A stretch of 64,000 nucleotides of DNA from a bacterium (GCA_030606215.1 JAUWGW010000005.1:5369-69368); one strand, 5' to 3'. Positions 1 to 10,829 are shown, numbered from the stretch's first letter. The notes: generated from the letters alone by a model not told the origin. Made by a program: numbers and translations.

Positions 1-43
1 AACTTTTACGAAAATTGTTTCGCTTGCACCTGAGGTTCTGTGA
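1..43 (+). CDS. rplN: 50S ribosomal protein L14, 3' end only (partial at window edge)
   Basis: Frame-2 translation ...[13 protein letters not shown] matches the conserved L14 C-terminus. Its stop overlaps the rplX start (GTGA), and the position fits canonical spc operon order. Confidence 0.45.
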   Translation, partial: TFTKIVSLAPEVL

Positions 44-357
44 AAATGCATGTAAGAAGAGATGATACAGTTATGGCAATTGCCGGGAAGGACCGTGGGA
101 AGAAGGGTAAAATTCTGCGTGTATTTCCTAAGAGCCAGAGAGTAATTGTGGAAGGGGTGAATTTAGCAAAAAAACATGTAAGACCAAATCCGGCAAAACA
201 GGAGCAGGGTGGAATTATACAGAAAGAGGCAGGCATCCATGTTTCAAATGTGATGCTGTGTTGTCCTAGATGTAATCAACCAACGCGAGTTGGAAAGAAA
301 ACTTTAGAAGATGGGACAAAGATGAGATATTGTCGCAAGTGTCAGGAGATGATTTAG
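40..357 (+). CDS. rplX: 50S ribosomal protein L24
   Basis: 105 aa with a KOW-type N-terminus ([21 protein letters not shown]). Sits between L14 and L5 as in the spc operon. Confidence 0.9.
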   Translation: MKMHVRRDDTVMAIAGKDRGKKGKILRVFPKSQRVIVEGVNLAKKHVRPNPAKQEQGGIIQKEAGIHVSNVMLCCPRCNQPTRVGKKTLEDGTKMRYCRKCQEMI

Positions 358-359
358 AT

Positions 360-899
360 ATGGCGCGTCTTGAGGATAAATACAGAGAGGAAACAATCCC
401 GGCGTTGATGAAAAAGTTTGGGTATAAGAACAAACTTCAAGTGCCAAGACTTGAGAAGATAGTTATTAATGCGGGGTTGGGGAAAGCAACAATAGATTCA
501 AAAGTTCTTGATGAAGCGGTTTCCGAAATTGCTCTTATAACCGGTCAGAGGCCTGTCACAACGAAAGCGAGAAAATCTATAGCAAGTTTTAAATTGCGCA
601 AAGGGGATCAAATCGGCTGTATGGTTACTCTACGGGGCAAGAGGATGTATGAATTTCTTGATAGACTTGTAAATGCGGGTCTGCCCCGTATAAGGGATTT
701 CAGGGGAGTTCTCCCAAAAGCTTTTGACGGAATGGGGAACTATACTCTCGGAATCAGAGAGCAATCAATATTTCCTGAAGTCAGTTATGACAAGATTGAA
801 AATGTTTATGGGATGGCGATAACAATTGTCACCGCAGCAACAGATGATGAGGAAGCGAGGGAACTGTTGCGGTTGCTGGGGATGCCATTTCGCCAGTGA
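360..899 (+). CDS. rplE: 50S ribosomal protein L5
   Basis: [11 protein letters not shown]...[13 protein letters not shown] is typical L5. The ATG at 360 lies 3 nt after the rplX stop; the track ORF begins at an upstream in-frame codon at 330. Confidence 0.9.
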   Translation: MARLEDKYREETIPALMKKFGYKNKLQVPRLEKIVINAGLGKATIDSKVLDEAVSEIALITGQRPVTTKARKSIASFKLRKGDQIGCMVTLRGKRMYEFLDRLVNAGLPRIRDFRGVLPKAFDGMGNYTLGIREQSIFPEVSYDKIENVYGMAITIVTAATDDEEARELLRLLGMPFRQ

Positions 900-905
900 T
901 AGACT

Positions 906-1091
906 ATGGCTAAAAAATCATTGATTGCAAAAGCGAAGCGAACGCCGAAATTCAAAGTGCGGGAATATAACCGCTGCCCTATTTGTGGGCGTCCGCGTGG
1001 TTATATGCGCAAGTTTCAGATGTGCCGTATCTGTTTCAGACAGCGGGCACTTCGCGGTGAGATTCCAGGTGTGACAAAAGCAAGCTGGTAG
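906..1091 (+). CDS. rpsN: 30S ribosomal protein S14, zinc-binding type Z
   Basis: 61 aa with a [23 protein letters not shown]4 zinc ribbon, the hallmark of short S14. Confidence 0.9.
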   Translation: MAKKSLIAKAKRTPKFKVREYNRCPICGRPRGYMRKFQMCRICFRQRALRGEIPGVTKASW

Positions 1092-1103
1092 TGGAGGAAG
1101 CAA

Positions 1104-1502
1104 ATGACTATGACCGACACAATAGCCGATATGCTCACTCGTATTCGTAACGCAAGCCATGCGAAACACTTAGATGTTGATATGCCCTGCTCTAAGGAAA
1201 AGCAGGAAATAGCGAGGATTCTTAAAGAGAAGAGGTTTATCAAAAATTGGGAAAGAACGGATGATGAAAAACAAGGTATTCTAAAGATTTTCCTTCGGTA
1301 CGATGGGAATGGTGAAGCTATGATTGGTGGTATTAAGAGGGTGAGTAGGCCGGGATTGCGGTTATGGGTAAAGGCAAAGGATATTCCGAGAGTTCATGGC
1401 GGGGTTGGTATTGCAATTATTTCTACTTCAGGAGGAATGAAGACTGATGAAGAATGCAGGGAAGAAAATATTGGCGGAGAGGTTTTATGTTATGTGTGGT
1501 AG
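1104..1502 (+). CDS. rpsH: 30S ribosomal protein S8
   Basis: DTIADMLTRIRNA... is the S8 N-terminal signature. Confidence 0.9.
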   Translation: MTMTDTIADMLTRIRNASHAKHLDVDMPCSKEKQEIARILKEKRFIKNWERTDDEKQGILKIFLRYDGNGEAMIGGIKRVSRPGLRLWVKAKDIPRVHGGVGIAIISTSGGMKTDEECREENIGGEVLCYVW

Positions 1503-1508
1503 AGGATT

Positions 1509-2075
1509 ATGCTGATGTCCCGGATTGGAAATGCACCCGTATTGATTCCTGATGGAGTTAAGGTCGAAATTGCCGGTAATTTTGTAGAAGTAAACGGTCC
1601 AAAAGGCGGGCTGAAGAGGGAGTTCCATTCTTCAGTGAAGATCAGGATTGCCGGGGATAAAATATCTCTCCGCAGGATAGGTGATGGGAGGCAGGAGAAA
1701 TCTCTTCATGGTTTGTCCAGGAGCTTGCTTGCTAACATGGTCATGGGGGTGAGCGCCGGGTTTGAAAAAGTAGTCGAAATGCGCGGGATTGGATATCGTG
1801 CGCAGGTTCGGGATGAAAAGTTAGTTCTGAATTTGGGGCATTCGCATAGCATTGATATTGCAATTCCGGATGGAATTACAATGGAGGTTATCAAGAAGCC
1901 GGTAGTTGAACAACTCGCTATAACCCAAATTGTAATCAGGGGGGTTGATAAAGAGAAGGTCGGGAAGTTTGCTGCCGGTATCAGGCAACTGCGTCCGCCT
2001 GAACCATACAAAGGCAAAGGTGTGAGAAATATTGGGGAATATGTCAGAAGGAAAGCAGGGAAGAAAGCCGCATGA
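1509..2075 (+). CDS. rplF: 50S ribosomal protein L6
   Basis: [18 protein letters not shown]... shows the two-domain L6 pattern. Confidence 0.9.
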   Translation: MLMSRIGNAPVLIPDGVKVEIAGNFVEVNGPKGGLKREFHSSVKIRIAGDKISLRRIGDGRQEKSLHGLSRSLLANMVMGVSAGFEKVVEMRGIGYRAQVRDEKLVLNLGHSHSIDIAIPDGITMEVIKKPVVEQLAITQIVIRGVDKEKVGKFAAGIRQLRPPEPYKGKGVRNIGEYVRRKAGKKAA

Positions 2076-2431
2076 TGAACAAGAGGGAAGCAAGAGTTAA
2101 AAGGCATAGAAGAGTGAGGAAAGTAATCAGAGGTGTTTCAGGGAGAGAGAGGCTTTGTGTGTTTAAGAGTTTGAAACATATTTATGCGCAGGTCATTGAT
2201 GATGTGGAGGGGAAAATTATCCTGTCTTGTTCAAGCCTCTCCGCCGAATTCAAAGAGAAGATGAGTTATGGTGGTAATGTGAAAGCCGCAGAATTTGTGG
2301 GAAAGCTGCTGGCTGAGAAATGTAAGGAACGTGGAATAAAGAAAGTTGTTTTTGACCGTGGTGGTTATCCATATCATGGTCGTGTGAAGGCACTTGCAGA
2401 GGCTTGCCGGGGAGGCGGCCTTGTCTTTTAA
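2072..2431 (+). CDS. rplR: 50S ribosomal protein L18
   Basis: Basic N-terminus ([16 protein letters not shown]) and HIYAQVIDD motif. Four-nucleotide overlap with rplF. Confidence 0.9.
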   Translation: MMNKREARVKRHRRVRKVIRGVSGRERLCVFKSLKHIYAQVIDDVEGKIILSCSSLSAEFKEKMSYGGNVKAAEFVGKLLAEKCKERGIKKVVFDRGGYPYHGRVKALAEACRGGGLVF

Positions 2432-2947
2432 GTGTTTGTAGGGGAGACAATGGCAGAAAAAAAACGAGTTAAGGTTGCCGAGCCTGAATTCATTGAACAT
2501 GTTGTAAAGATAAACAGGGTTGCCAAAGTAGTCAAAGGTGGCAGGAGGTTTAGTTTTAGCATTCTGGTTGTGGCAGGTGATGGGAATGGCAATGTCGGCT
2601 ATGGTCTCGGGAAGGCAAATGAGGTTGCTGAGGCAATCAGGAAAGGGACTGCGCTTGCCAGGAAAAATCTTGTCAGTATCCCGCGTAGAAACACAACCGT
2701 CCCGTATCGGGTGACGGGGAAATTTGGTTCAGCAAAGGTTGTTCTGAAACCGGCTGGCGAAGGGACGGGTGTCATAGCAGGGGGAGTTGTTAGAGCAGTT
2801 ATGGAATCCGCGGGTGTTTCAGATATTCTCACCAAATCGCTCGGGTCGTCAAACCCTCTTAACCTGGTGCGGGCGACAATGAATGCATTGATGGAGTCCC
2901 AAAAGATTGAGGAAAGGGCGCTAATGCGTTCTGGAGATATATTATGA
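2432..2947 (+). CDS. rpsE: 30S ribosomal protein S5
   Basis: [35 protein letters not shown] is the S5 signature. True start may be the ATG at 2450 (MAEKK). Confidence 0.9.
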   Translation: MFVGETMAEKKRVKVAEPEFIEHVVKINRVAKVVKGGRRFSFSILVVAGDGNGNVGYGLGKANEVAEAIRKGTALARKNLVSIPRRNTTVPYRVTGKFGSAKVVLKPAGEGTGVIAGGVVRAVMESAGVSDILTKSLGSSNPLNLVRATMNALMESQKIEERALMRSGDIL

Positions 2948-2969
2948 GCGGGAATTGGTGGTTATTGCA

Positions 2970-3401
2970 ATGAAACTTGGTAGTTTGAAACCAGCCAGGG
3001 GTGCTGTAAAGAGGGTGAAGAGAGTGGGTGTTGGCCGTGCTTCTGGACATGGGAAAACTTGCGGGAGAGGGACAAAAGGAGAGAAAGCCCGCTCAAGTGG
3101 ACCAAGACCCGGTTTCGAAGGTGGTCAGATGCCTCTCATTCGCAGGGTGCCAAAGCGTGGGTTTAAGAATATTTTTAAGAAAGAGTATGAAATTGTAAAT
3201 ATAGAGAATTTAGCAATTTTTCCCGCTAATAGTGAAGTTGGGCCTGAGGTCTTCAAAGAAAAAGGGTTGGTGAGGAAAGGACCTGTGAAGATACTCGGGA
3301 GAGGGAAGATTGAAAAACCCCTTGTCGTTAAAGCTGATAGTTTCAGTTTGAAAGCAAGAAGAGCGATAGAATCTGCAGGAGGAAAGGCGATACAATGTTA
3401 G
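2970..3401 (+). CDS. rplO: 50S ribosomal protein L15
   Basis: [34 protein letters not shown] is the L15 signature. No L30 gene lies between rpsE and rplO. Confidence 0.85.
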   Translation: MKLGSLKPARGAVKRVKRVGVGRASGHGKTCGRGTKGEKARSSGPRPGFEGGQMPLIRRVPKRGFKNIFKKEYEIVNIENLAIFPANSEVGPEVFKEKGLVRKGPVKILGRGKIEKPLVVKADSFSLKARRAIESAGGKAIQC

Positions 3402-4711
3402 ATGCTTTCAGGAATGTTTTCAGAATTCCAGAATTGAGAAGAAGGCTGCTATTTACCGCAGGTCTTCTCATAGTTTTCAGGTTTGGCTGCCATATTCCGG
3501 TACCAGGTGTTGATGGTCAGGCTCTTGCTCGTTTTTTTGAACAGGCAAGAGGGACACTCTTCGGTCTGGCAGATTTGTTTGCAGGAGGCGCTCTGAGTCA
3601 ACTGGCAGTTTTTGGACTTGGCATAATGCCATATATCAGTGCGTCAATCATCTTTCAGCTTCTGACTGCGGTTGTCCCGTCTCTTGAACGACTCGCAAAA
3701 GAAGGTGAGGCAGGGAGAAGGAAAATTCAACAGTATACAAGGTATTCTACTATTCCTATATGTCTATTGCAGGCGTTTATGATAAGCAGATGGGTTGAAA
3801 ATCCGGAAGCTTTTGGTGCTGTTATTGTTGCCAATCCTGGGTGGCAGTTCAGAATAATGGCTGTTATCACACTTACAGCGGGCACAGTATTTGTCATGTG
3901 GTTAGGTGAGCAGATTACTGATCATGGGATAGGCAACGGCATCTCGCTGATAATAACTGCTAATATTATTTCTCGTATGCCGGTTGCATTCTTGAGAGCT
4001 GTTGAATTGTTACGACTCGGACAGATAAAACCTTTTGTGCTTTTGTTTTTATTGATGGTTACTGTTGCAATGACCGCTGGAGTGGTAATTCTCACGCAGG
4101 CGCAGAGACGAATACCTGTCCAGCATGCTAAGAGGATTGTTGGAAGGAAGGTATACAGCCAGCAGTCAAGCTATATACCATTGCGGGTGAATCATGCGGG
4201 AATGATTCCTGTTATTTTTGCGGCTGCCATCTTGATGTTTCCAGGAACAATAACTCAGTTTTCTAACAGTGAAGTTCTGAAAGATATAGGTGCTTTCCTG
4301 AGTCCCGGAACATGGTTATACAATAGCCTCTATGTACTACTTATAATATTTTTCTGCTATTTTTATACCGCTATAACTTTTAACCCTGTTACGATTGCCG
4401 ATAATATGAAAAAGTACGGGAGTTTCATTCCGGGTATTCGTCCAGGGAAACCAACCTCTGATTATTTTTACAGGGTAATGAATAGAATCACTATTGCAGG
4501 AGCTGTTGGACTTGCCTTTGTTGCTATTATCCCGACAATAATTAGCAGCGGATTCAGGATTGATTATTTAGTGGCAAGTTTCTGCGGAGGTACGGGGACA
4601 ATCATTATTGTTGGTGTTGTGCTTGATACAGTGCGGCAGGTAGAATCTCAGCTTCTTATGCGGCATTATGATGGTTTTATGAAAAAGGTGAAACTGCGTG
4701 GGCGCCGTTAA
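3395..4711 (+). CDS. secY: preprotein translocase subunit SecY
   Basis: 438 aa, 10-TM pattern, and its position after rplO. Confidence 0.95.
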   Translation: MLDAFRNVFRIPELRRRLLFTAGLLIVFRFGCHIPVPGVDGQALARFFEQARGTLFGLADLFAGGALSQLAVFGLGIMPYISASIIFQLLTAVVPSLERLAKEGEAGRRKIQQYTRYSTIPICLLQAFMISRWVENPEAFGAVIVANPGWQFRIMAVITLTAGTVFVMWLGEQITDHGIGNGISLIITANIISRMPVAFLRAVELLRLGQIKPFVLLFLLMVTVAMTAGVVILTQAQRRIPVQHAKRIVGRKVYSQQSSYIPLRVNHAGMIPVIFAAAILMFPGTITQFSNSEVLKDIGAFLSPGTWLYNSLYVLLIIFFCYFYTAITFNPVTIADNMKKYGSFIPGIRPGKPTSDYFYRVMNRITIAGAVGLAFVAIIPTIISSGFRIDYLVASFCGGTGTIIIVGVVLDTVRQVESQLLMRHYDGFMKKVKLRGRR

Positions 4712-5345
4712 ACTGGTACTGTTAGGAGCCCCTGGTGCAGGGAAAGGAACACTGGCAAAGATGATTCAATCGGAATACAGGGTTCCCCACATTTCTACCG
4801 GGGACATGTTGAGAGAAGCGGTCAAGGAAGGGACACAACTCGGGAAGGAAGCTTCTCAATATATGAATGAAGGAAAACTTGTTCCTGATGATATAGTGAT
4901 AGGTATTCTGAGGGGAAATATGAAGGACTGTGAGAAAGGTTTTATCCTTGATGGATTTCCGAGGACAAAGAACCAGGCTGAGGCTCTTCAGACTATCCTT
5001 GATGAGGGAGGGGTTTCACCGGATGCAGTGATAAATTTTGAAGCTCCACCGGAAGTTTTGATACAGCGTCTTTCCGGGAGAAGGCAATGCTTGGAATGTG
5101 GTGCGATTTATCATATAAAGAATATGCCCCCGAGGAAATCCGGAATATGCGATGTGTGTGGTGGGGAATTGTATCAGCGCGATGATGATAGGAGGGAGGT
5201 AGTAGAAGTTCGTTTGAAAGCTTATGAGGAAGAAACTGCGGAGTTGATTGATTACTATCGGAGCAGGAAGCTTCTTGAGTCTGTAGATGCAGGTAAAGAC
5301 CCGGAGGCGACATTTGCCAGGGTTAAACACGCAATAGATGGGTAA
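4698..5345 (+). CDS. adk: adenylate kinase with Zn-binding lid (CxxC...CxxC)
   Basis: [10 protein letters not shown]-loop and a CLECG...CDVCGG lid. GTG start overlaps the secY end. Confidence 0.95.
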   Translation: MGAVKLVLLGAPGAGKGTLAKMIQSEYRVPHISTGDMLREAVKEGTQLGKEASQYMNEGKLVPDDIVIGILRGNMKDCEKGFILDGFPRTKNQAEALQTILDEGGVSPDAVINFEAPPEVLIQRLSGRRQCLECGAIYHIKNMPPRKSGICDVCGGELYQRDDDRREVVEVRLKAYEEETAELIDYYRSRKLLESVDAGKDPEATFARVKHAIDG

Positions 5346-5556
5346 AGAAGAACTGATAAAAGTAGAGGGGAAGGTAATAGAACTTTTGCCAAATACTATG
5401 TTTCGTGTTGAACTGGAAAACGGGCATAAGGTTCTTGCACATATTTCAGGGAAGATGCGAATGCACTATATCCGCATTTTACCTGGGGACAAGGTAGCGG
5501 TGGAACTTTCACCGTATGATTTAACGAGAGGAAGAATCACATACAGGTATAAATGA
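5338..5556 (+). CDS. infA: translation initiation factor IF-1
   Basis: 72 aa S1-like protein; [40 protein letters not shown]. Confidence 0.95.
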   Translation: MGKEELIKVEGKVIELLPNTMFRVELENGHKVLAHISGKMRMHYIRILPGDKVAVELSPYDLTRGRITYRYK

Positions 5557-5559
5557 TCG

Positions 5560-5673
5560 ATGAAAGTTCGTAGTTCTGTTAAGGCAATATGTGAAAAGTG
5601 CAGGATAATAAGGCGTAAGGGAGTTGTGCGAGTTATCTGCCGTAACCCGCGCCATAAGCAAAGACAAGGATGA
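5560..5673 (+). CDS. rpmJ: 50S ribosomal protein L36
   Basis: 37-aa [40 protein letters not shown] found by hand; too short for the ORF track. Lies between infA and rpsM. Confidence 0.8.
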   Translation: MKVRSSVKAICEKCRIIRRKGVVRVICRNPRHKQRQG

Positions 5674-5682
5674 GGAGATAGT

Positions 5683-6075
5683 ATGGCAAGGATTGTTGGT
5701 ATAGACCTTCCTAAGGATAAAAGGGTGGAGATAGGCCTTACCTATATCCATGGTATCGGTCGTGATTCATCCAGTAAGATACTTGAGGAAGTTAAAGTAA
5801 ACCCTGATACCCGCGTGAAGGATTTGACAGAAGATGAAATAAGCAGGATAGCCGCTATAATACGCTCTGATTATAAAGTGGAAGGTGACCTGCGGCGTGA
5901 GGTGACAACGAGTGTAAGGAGATTAATGGATATAGGCAGTTACCGCGGGATGAGACACAAGAGGGGGTTACCTGCTCGAGGTCAGAGAACCAAGACTAAT
6001 GCAAGAACGAGGAAGGGGCCGCGGAAACAAGTAGGCGTAAGGAAGAAAAGGTCGCTCTTGCCGGGGCAGAAATAG
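5683..6075 (+). CDS. rpsM: 30S ribosomal protein S13
   Basis: [26 protein letters not shown] signature. Confidence 0.95.
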   Translation: MARIVGIDLPKDKRVEIGLTYIHGIGRDSSSKILEEVKVNPDTRVKDLTEDEISRIAAIIRSDYKVEGDLRREVTTSVRRLMDIGSYRGMRHKRGLPARGQRTKTNARTRKGPRKQVGVRKKRSLLPGQK

Positions 6076-6091
6076 AGAAAGGGGAGTTTAG

Positions 6092-6490
6092 ATGCCAAAG
6101 CCCAGGAGAAAAGGGACACGGGTAAGGAAGAAGATTACCATTGAAGTTCCAAAAGGCATTGCTCATGTTAAAGCAACATTTAATAACACCATAGTCACAA
6201 TAACGGATATGAAGGGAAATGTTCTTTGCTGGGCGAGCTCTGGCAGCGTTGGTTTTAAAGGTTCAAGAAAAAGCACTCCCTTTGCCGCTCAGATGACTGC
6301 TCGCTCATCAGCTCAGGTTGCAAAAGAGTATGGGATGAAACAGGTAGATGTATATGTCAAGGGCCCTGGTGCTGGCAGGGAAGCGGCAATAAGGTCTCTT
6401 CAGGCTGCAGGTCTGGGGATAACAATGATAAAGGATGAAACACCGATACCTCATGATGGGTGTCGTCCTCCAAAGAGAAGGAGGGTATAA
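6092..6490 (+). CDS. rpsK: 30S ribosomal protein S11
   Basis: [28 protein letters not shown] signature. Confidence 0.95.
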   Translation: MPKPRRKGTRVRKKITIEVPKGIAHVKATFNNTIVTITDMKGNVLCWASSGSVGFKGSRKSTPFAAQMTARSSAQVAKEYGMKQVDVYVKGPGAGREAAIRSLQAAGLGITMIKDETPIPHDGCRPPKRRRV

Positions 6491-6493
6491 AGT

Positions 6494-7117
6494 ATGGGTA
6501 GGTATACAGGACCTGTTTGCAGGTTATGTAGAAGGGAGAGACAGAAACTTTTCCTGAAGGGGAAACGTTGTCTGACAGAAAAATGTGCTTTGTCAGTGAG
6601 GAATTATCCTCCCGGCAGGAAATCCAGATTCGTTCGCAAACTTTCCGGTTACGGTATTAGATTGAGAGAGAAGCAAAAAGCCCGGCGTATTTACGGTCTT
6701 ATGGAAAAGCAATTCGGACTTCTTTTCAAGAAAGCTGAGCGTATGAAAGGTGTTACCGGTGTAAATCTTTTGCAGTTACTTGAAAGGCGGCTTGATAATG
6801 TTGTTTTCAGGTTCGGGTTTGCAGCGAGCCGTCCTCAGGCAAGACAACTGGTAAGGCATGGTCATTTCCTTGTCAACGGGAAAAAGGTGGATATCCCATC
6901 GTATTCGGTGGAAGTTGGAGATGAAATTGAGCTTAGACAGAAAAGCCGCGGTCTGAATGTTGTCAAGGAAGGATTTGAAGCAGCAGCTGAGGGGGAAGGC
7001 CCTGCGTGGCTTGAATTTAATGAATCGGAATTGAAAGGGAAGGTTTTGAGATTTCCAGCTCGTGAGGAGATGCCACCTATCCGGGAACAGTCTATTGTGG
7101 AACTTTATTCAAAGTAG
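6494..7117 (+). CDS. rpsD: 30S ribosomal protein S4
   Basis: N-terminal Zn ribbon (CRLCRRE...C..KC) plus an S4 domain. Confidence 0.95.
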   Translation: MGRYTGPVCRLCRRERQKLFLKGKRCLTEKCALSVRNYPPGRKSRFVRKLSGYGIRLREKQKARRIYGLMEKQFGLLFKKAERMKGVTGVNLLQLLERRLDNVVFRFGFAASRPQARQLVRHGHFLVNGKKVDIPSYSVEVGDEIELRQKSRGLNVVKEGFEAAAEGEGPAWLEFNESELKGKVLRFPAREEMPPIREQSIVELYSK

Positions 7118-7129
7118 AGGAGGAGACAA

Positions 7130-8155
7130 ATGAGCCCAAAGTGGAAAGGGCTTGAAATGCCTCGTGAAGTTAAGTGCGACCAGGAGACACTTACGAAAAA
7201 TTATGGTAAATTCATAGTGGAACCTCTTGAGCGCGGTTATGGGATTACAGTTGGCAATTCATTGCGTAGAGTTCTTCTTTCTTCCGTTAAGGGAGGAGCA
7301 GTGACTTCTGTGCGAATAGAGGGTGCGCCGCATGAATTCAGCACAATTTCGGGAGTCAGGGAAGATTGTGCTGAAATTATTCTCAACCTGAAACAGTTGA
7401 TACTGAAGGTTGCGGATGGATCTCCAAGAATTGCGAAGATTTCTGCAAAGGGACAGGGGGAGGTTACCGGGGCTGATGTTATCACTGACAGCGGGGTTGA
7501 AGTCCTTAATCCAGGTTTGCATATTGCGACCCTGGATAAAGGAGGAAAACTCAACATTGAGATGGAAGTTGCAGCCGGTAGTGGGTATGTTCCAGCTGAG
7601 ATGAATAAGAAAGAGGAGCAGCCCATAGGGGTTATACCTGTTGACTCCGTTTTTTCACCGGTGAGGAAGGCAAACTATACCGTGGAGGACGCGCGTGTTG
7701 GGCAGAGAACAGATTATAATCGTCTGATTATTGAAATATGGACCAATGGAGTCGTAACCCCTGGTGAAGCTGTAGATCAGGCCGCACAGCTTTTAAGGAA
7801 ATACCTTTCAAAATTTGTTACTACTGAGGAAGAAGAAGAGGAAATTGAAGAAGAGTTAAGTGAGGAAGAAAAGAAAAGAGTTGAGTATCTCAATATGCCT
7901 GTCAGCGAGCTTGAACTCTCTGTGCGTTCACAAAACTGTCTGGAGGCTGCGAAGATAAAAACGATAAGGGGTCTTGTTCAGAAGACAGAACAGGAGATGT
8001 TAAAGTACAAGAATTTCGGAAAGAAATCTCTAAGTGAAATAAAACAGATACTTGCGGAGATGAATTTATCTTTTGGAATGAAACTGGAGGAAGAGGAGAA
8101 AGATGCGCCATCGCAAGGGACGAAAAAAACTCGTTCCGACCACAAGAGAACATAA
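7130..8155 (+). CDS. rpoA: DNA-directed RNA polymerase alpha subunit, with an acidic NTD-CTD linker
   Basis: NTD and CTD motifs present. A poly-Glu linker ([19 protein letters not shown]) separates them. The 3' end overlaps rplQ by 53 nt. Confidence 0.95.
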   Translation: MSPKWKGLEMPREVKCDQETLTKNYGKFIVEPLERGYGITVGNSLRRVLLSSVKGGAVTSVRIEGAPHEFSTISGVREDCAEIILNLKQLILKVADGSPRIAKISAKGQGEVTGADVITDSGVEVLNPGLHIATLDKGGKLNIEMEVAAGSGYVPAEMNKKEEQPIGVIPVDSVFSPVRKANYTVEDARVGQRTDYNRLIIEIWTNGVVTPGEAVDQAAQLLRKYLSKFVTTEEEEEEIEEELSEEEKKRVEYLNMPVSELELSVRSQNCLEAAKIKTIRGLVQKTEQEMLKYKNFGKKSLSEIKQILAEMNLSFGMKLEEEEKDAPSQGTKKTRSDHKRT

Positions 8156-8456
8156 AGGTTTGATGCTTAACCTTTTGAAAGCTCTTTTTAAGCGTCAGGA
8201 GATAAAGACGACGCAGGCAAGAGGTAAGGAACTGAAGAAACTGGCTGAGCATCTCATAACAGTGGCAAAAAAAAACGATATTCATTCAAGACGGCAAGTT
8301 TTCAGAGCAGTTCGGGATAAAGAAATAACGCAAGATGTTTTCAATTCAATTGCACCGCGCTTTTCTGAGAGGAAAGGCGGGTATATACAGGCAATAAAGG
8401 TCGGCCCACGCCGTGGGGATGGCGCCCAGATGGTTCTCGTCAAACTGCTGAAATAG
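8103..8456 (+). CDS. rplQ: 50S ribosomal protein L17
   Basis: [10 protein letters not shown]... is the L17 N-terminus. Confidence 0.9.
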   Translation: MRHRKGRKKLVPTTREHKGLMLNLLKALFKRQEIKTTQARGKELKKLAEHLITVAKKNDIHSRRQVFRAVRDKEITQDVFNSIAPRFSERKGGYIQAIKVGPRRGDGAQMVLVKLLK

Positions 8457-8528
8457 AAGAAGATTCATATTTCACAGACCCATTAAAATCTATTCAGTTT
8501 AATTGCAGAAATTATACCTGAGGAGACA

Positions 8529-9566
8529 ATGACTCCAAGAGAACGCTGGCTTGCTGTGCTTAATCGTGGGAAACCTGACCGTATCCCGATGGACTACTGG
8601 GCTACCGAAGAGGTTACAGCAAAACTTATGAAATATTTAGGTTGTGGGACTGAAAAAGCATTGTTTGAACATTTGCATATTGATAAGGTCATCACGGTAG
8701 GACCAAGATACATAGGACCTTCTCTTCCGGAGCATACAGATGTTTTTGGCTGTCGTCTTAAGGAAGTGAGCTATGAAAGCGGTGTTTACTCAGAGTGTGT
8801 CTATCATCCGTTAGCTGAATACAAGATGCTTGATGAGATCAAACAGAATTACAAATGGCCTAATCCGGATTGGTATGATTACTCAGAGATTCCCGCTCAG
8901 GTTTCTGGTGAAGAAATGTATCCTATTCGCGGCGGTGGTTCAGAACCATTTTTGACCTATAAAAACTTGCGCGGTCAGGAACAGGCCTTTATGGACCTGA
9001 TACTCAACCCTGAAATTGTGCATTTCTGTCTCGATAAGCTGTTTGACCTGTGCTATGAGAATACTCTTCGCATCTACGAGCAGATTCCGGGAAAGGTAAT
9101 GATTACCTATGTAGCAGAAGATTTTGGCTCGCAGGAGGACTTGATGTACTCTCCTGCCCAGATTCGTGAATTCTTTATCCTGAGGATGAAGCGTATGATG
9201 GATCTGGCTCATCAGGCTGGTGCTTTTGTATTTTTTCACAGTGACGGAGCTGTCAGGAAAATCGTTCCAGATATGATTGAGGCTGGGATTGATGTTTTAA
9301 ACCCCATTCAATGGCGGTGCAAAGGAATGGAGCGGGAAGCTCTCGAACGCGATTTTGGAGACAAGGTGATTTTTCACGGGGGTGTGGACAATCAGCACAC
9401 ATTGGCTTTTGGTTCGGTGGAAGAGGTTCGCCAGGAAGTAATTGACAATCTTCGTATCTTAGGGAAGGGTGGCGGTTATATCCTTGCCCCCTGCCATAAT
9501 ATTCAGTCGGTCAGTCCTCCGGAAAATATTGTAGCTATGTATGAGACGGGATATAAGAATGGATAG
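8529..9566 (+). CDS. uroporphyrinogen decarboxylase (URO-D) family protein, MtaA/CmuA-like methyltransferase fold
   Basis: 345 aa with URO-D-like N-terminal (RIPMDYWATEEV) and C-terminal (GGYILAPCHNIQ) motifs. An AGGAG RBS lies upstream. Confidence 0.7.
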   Translation: MTPRERWLAVLNRGKPDRIPMDYWATEEVTAKLMKYLGCGTEKALFEHLHIDKVITVGPRYIGPSLPEHTDVFGCRLKEVSYESGVYSECVYHPLAEYKMLDEIKQNYKWPNPDWYDYSEIPAQVSGEEMYPIRGGGSEPFLTYKNLRGQEQAFMDLILNPEIVHFCLDKLFDLCYENTLRIYEQIPGKVMITYVAEDFGSQEDLMYSPAQIREFFILRMKRMMDLAHQAGAFVFFHSDGAVRKIVPDMIEAGIDVLNPIQWRCKGMEREALERDFGDKVIFHGGVDNQHTLAFGSVEEVRQEVIDNLRILGKGGGYILAPCHNIQSVSPPENIVAMYETGYKNG

Positions 9567-9698
9567 GTCCAAAATAGTTATGAGGAAGTTTAAGCAACCT
9601 GAGCCTGAATACAGAAGTGCGCCGTTCTGGTCATGTCAGGCAGGTAACCACAGCCCTCTTATTTTATATTCAGGGGGTTAGTATAGTTGCTTCATAAT

Positions 9699-10271
9699 CT
9701 ATTTGGGAAGTAGTTTCTTAAGATCATCAAATATCTCAGGCGTCTCCAAAATTTTAGCAAATTCTTTAACCCAGTATTTGATGCGTTTAAAATCAAGGTT
9801 TGGATTTACCTCTAAAACAGACCGAATATCTTCCAAATCTATTGGCCGATGAGCAACTGCCTTCATTATTATTAAATCCTCAGGGGTTGGCAGTTGAAAC
9901 GTCAACTTTCCTGTTTTAAAAACTTTACCACGACTCAAAGCCTCAATTTCAAAAGGGAGAATACCAAGAGACAGGTCAATATTAACACCACTCGCTTCAT
10001 GTTTGAGAAGAAGAACCCGATTTTTTTGAGCGAATTCGATAGCATTTGTAATCCGGGGTGATAAACCGTACCTGGTAGCTTTCTTCAGGAAATTTTCCAG
10101 ATCATCTTTCGGGAGGAAGATAAGACCATCAATGTCAGCAGTGAAACGTGCTTTTCCAAGTATACTGGCAGCAACTCCCCCAATTATCAAACTTTTGACC
10201 CCTGCATGGGATAAAAAATTAAGCAATGCTTCTAAAGGACTCAGAAGAGACTTTATTTTATTTCGGCTCAC
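9699..10271 (-). CDS. compact AbiEii-like nucleotidyltransferase-fold protein, putative toxin
   Basis: 190 aa. IIGGVAASILGKARFTADIDGLIF fits the Pol-beta NTase GG...R.T.DID motif seen in AbiEii/DUF1814 toxins. Start overlaps the upstream small ORF. Confidence 0.5.
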   Translation of the reverse strand: MSRNKIKSLLSPLEALLNFLSHAGVKSLIIGGVAASILGKARFTADIDGLIFLPKDDLENFLKKATRYGLSPRITNAIEFAQKNRVLLLKHEASGVNIDLSLGILPFEIEALSRGKVFKTGKLTFQLPTPEDLIIMKAVAHRPIDLEDIRSVLEVNPNLDFKRIKYWVKEFAKILETPEIFDDLKKLLPK

Positions 10272-10524
10272 TATAATAATCCTTTAACTGTCGCCACTTT
10301 TTCATTATATCGTAAGTCTCAGAATCAGTTCTTTTGGCACGCAAGTTCAAATTTTTGCCTAAATCAAATATTGCTAAGGTCAGGTCAAATCGATCTTTTA
10401 AAGATGTTTTTCTTAGTTCCTCAATCTCAATCTCATGCACCGCTTCCCACCGACTCTTAAGATAATTTACTACTTCTTTTTTTCTCATCTTTATTAAGAT
10501 TATATCATAAGCACAACCCAACAA
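10258..10524 (-). CDS. small hypothetical protein, putative partner or antitoxin of the downstream nucleotidyltransferase
   Basis: 88-aa ORF overlapping the NTase gene by 14 nt (operonic). Weak similarity to the 61-aa ORF paired with the second NTase at 63527. Confidence 0.35.
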   Translation of the reverse strand: MLGCAYDIILIKMRKKEVVNYLKSRWEAVHEIEIEELRKTSLKDRFDLTLAIFDLGKNLNLRAKRTDSETYDIMKKWRQLKDYYSEPK

Positions 10525-10600
10525 TAAGGAAAAAGTTTGAACCTGACATTTTTTTGTTTTTGACTCTACCTCGGCTCCCAGATTTCTGGCCGCCTTTTTT

Positions 10601-10780
10601 TCTATTCAGTTTAATTACAGAAATTATGTTTAAGGAGACAATGACTCCAGAGAACGCTGGCTTGCTGTGCTTAACCGTGAAAAGCCTGACCATGTTCTTG
10701 CCCCATGCCATAATATTCAGCCGGTCAGTCCTCCGGAAAATATTGTAGCTATGTATGAGACGGGATATAAGAATGGATAA
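10601..10780 (+). pseudogene. internally deleted, frameshifted second copy of the URO-D-like gene: leader plus first ~80 nt joined to last ~90 nt
   Basis: 10601-10690 is ~90% identical to 8489-8579 (leader, RBS, ATG, first codons, with a 1-nt deletion). 10691-10780 is ~95% identical to 9476-9566 (3' end through the stop). The join sits at a TATCC-like microhomology. Confidence 0.7.
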
Positions 10781-10795
10781 GATTTTGGTATTTCC

Positions 10796-10824
10796 TTGAC
10801 AAGTGGTATGAAGATGGTTATACT
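10796..10824 (+). promoter_or_regulatory. sigma70-like promoter for the RHH-mazF operon
   Basis: TTGACA, 17-nt spacer, TATACT, about 6 nt before the 10830 ORF. Confidence 0.45.
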
Positions 10825-10829
10825 TTAGT

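Noticed and set aside
1706-2107. 133-aa and 90-aa minus-strand ORFs inside rplF
   Set aside because: Antisense ORFs within a conserved ribosomal protein gene, typical of GC-skewed frames. The same applies to the many other short antisense ORFs in the track inside secY, adk, rpoA, valS, uvrB, dnaE, hisS, aspS and others.
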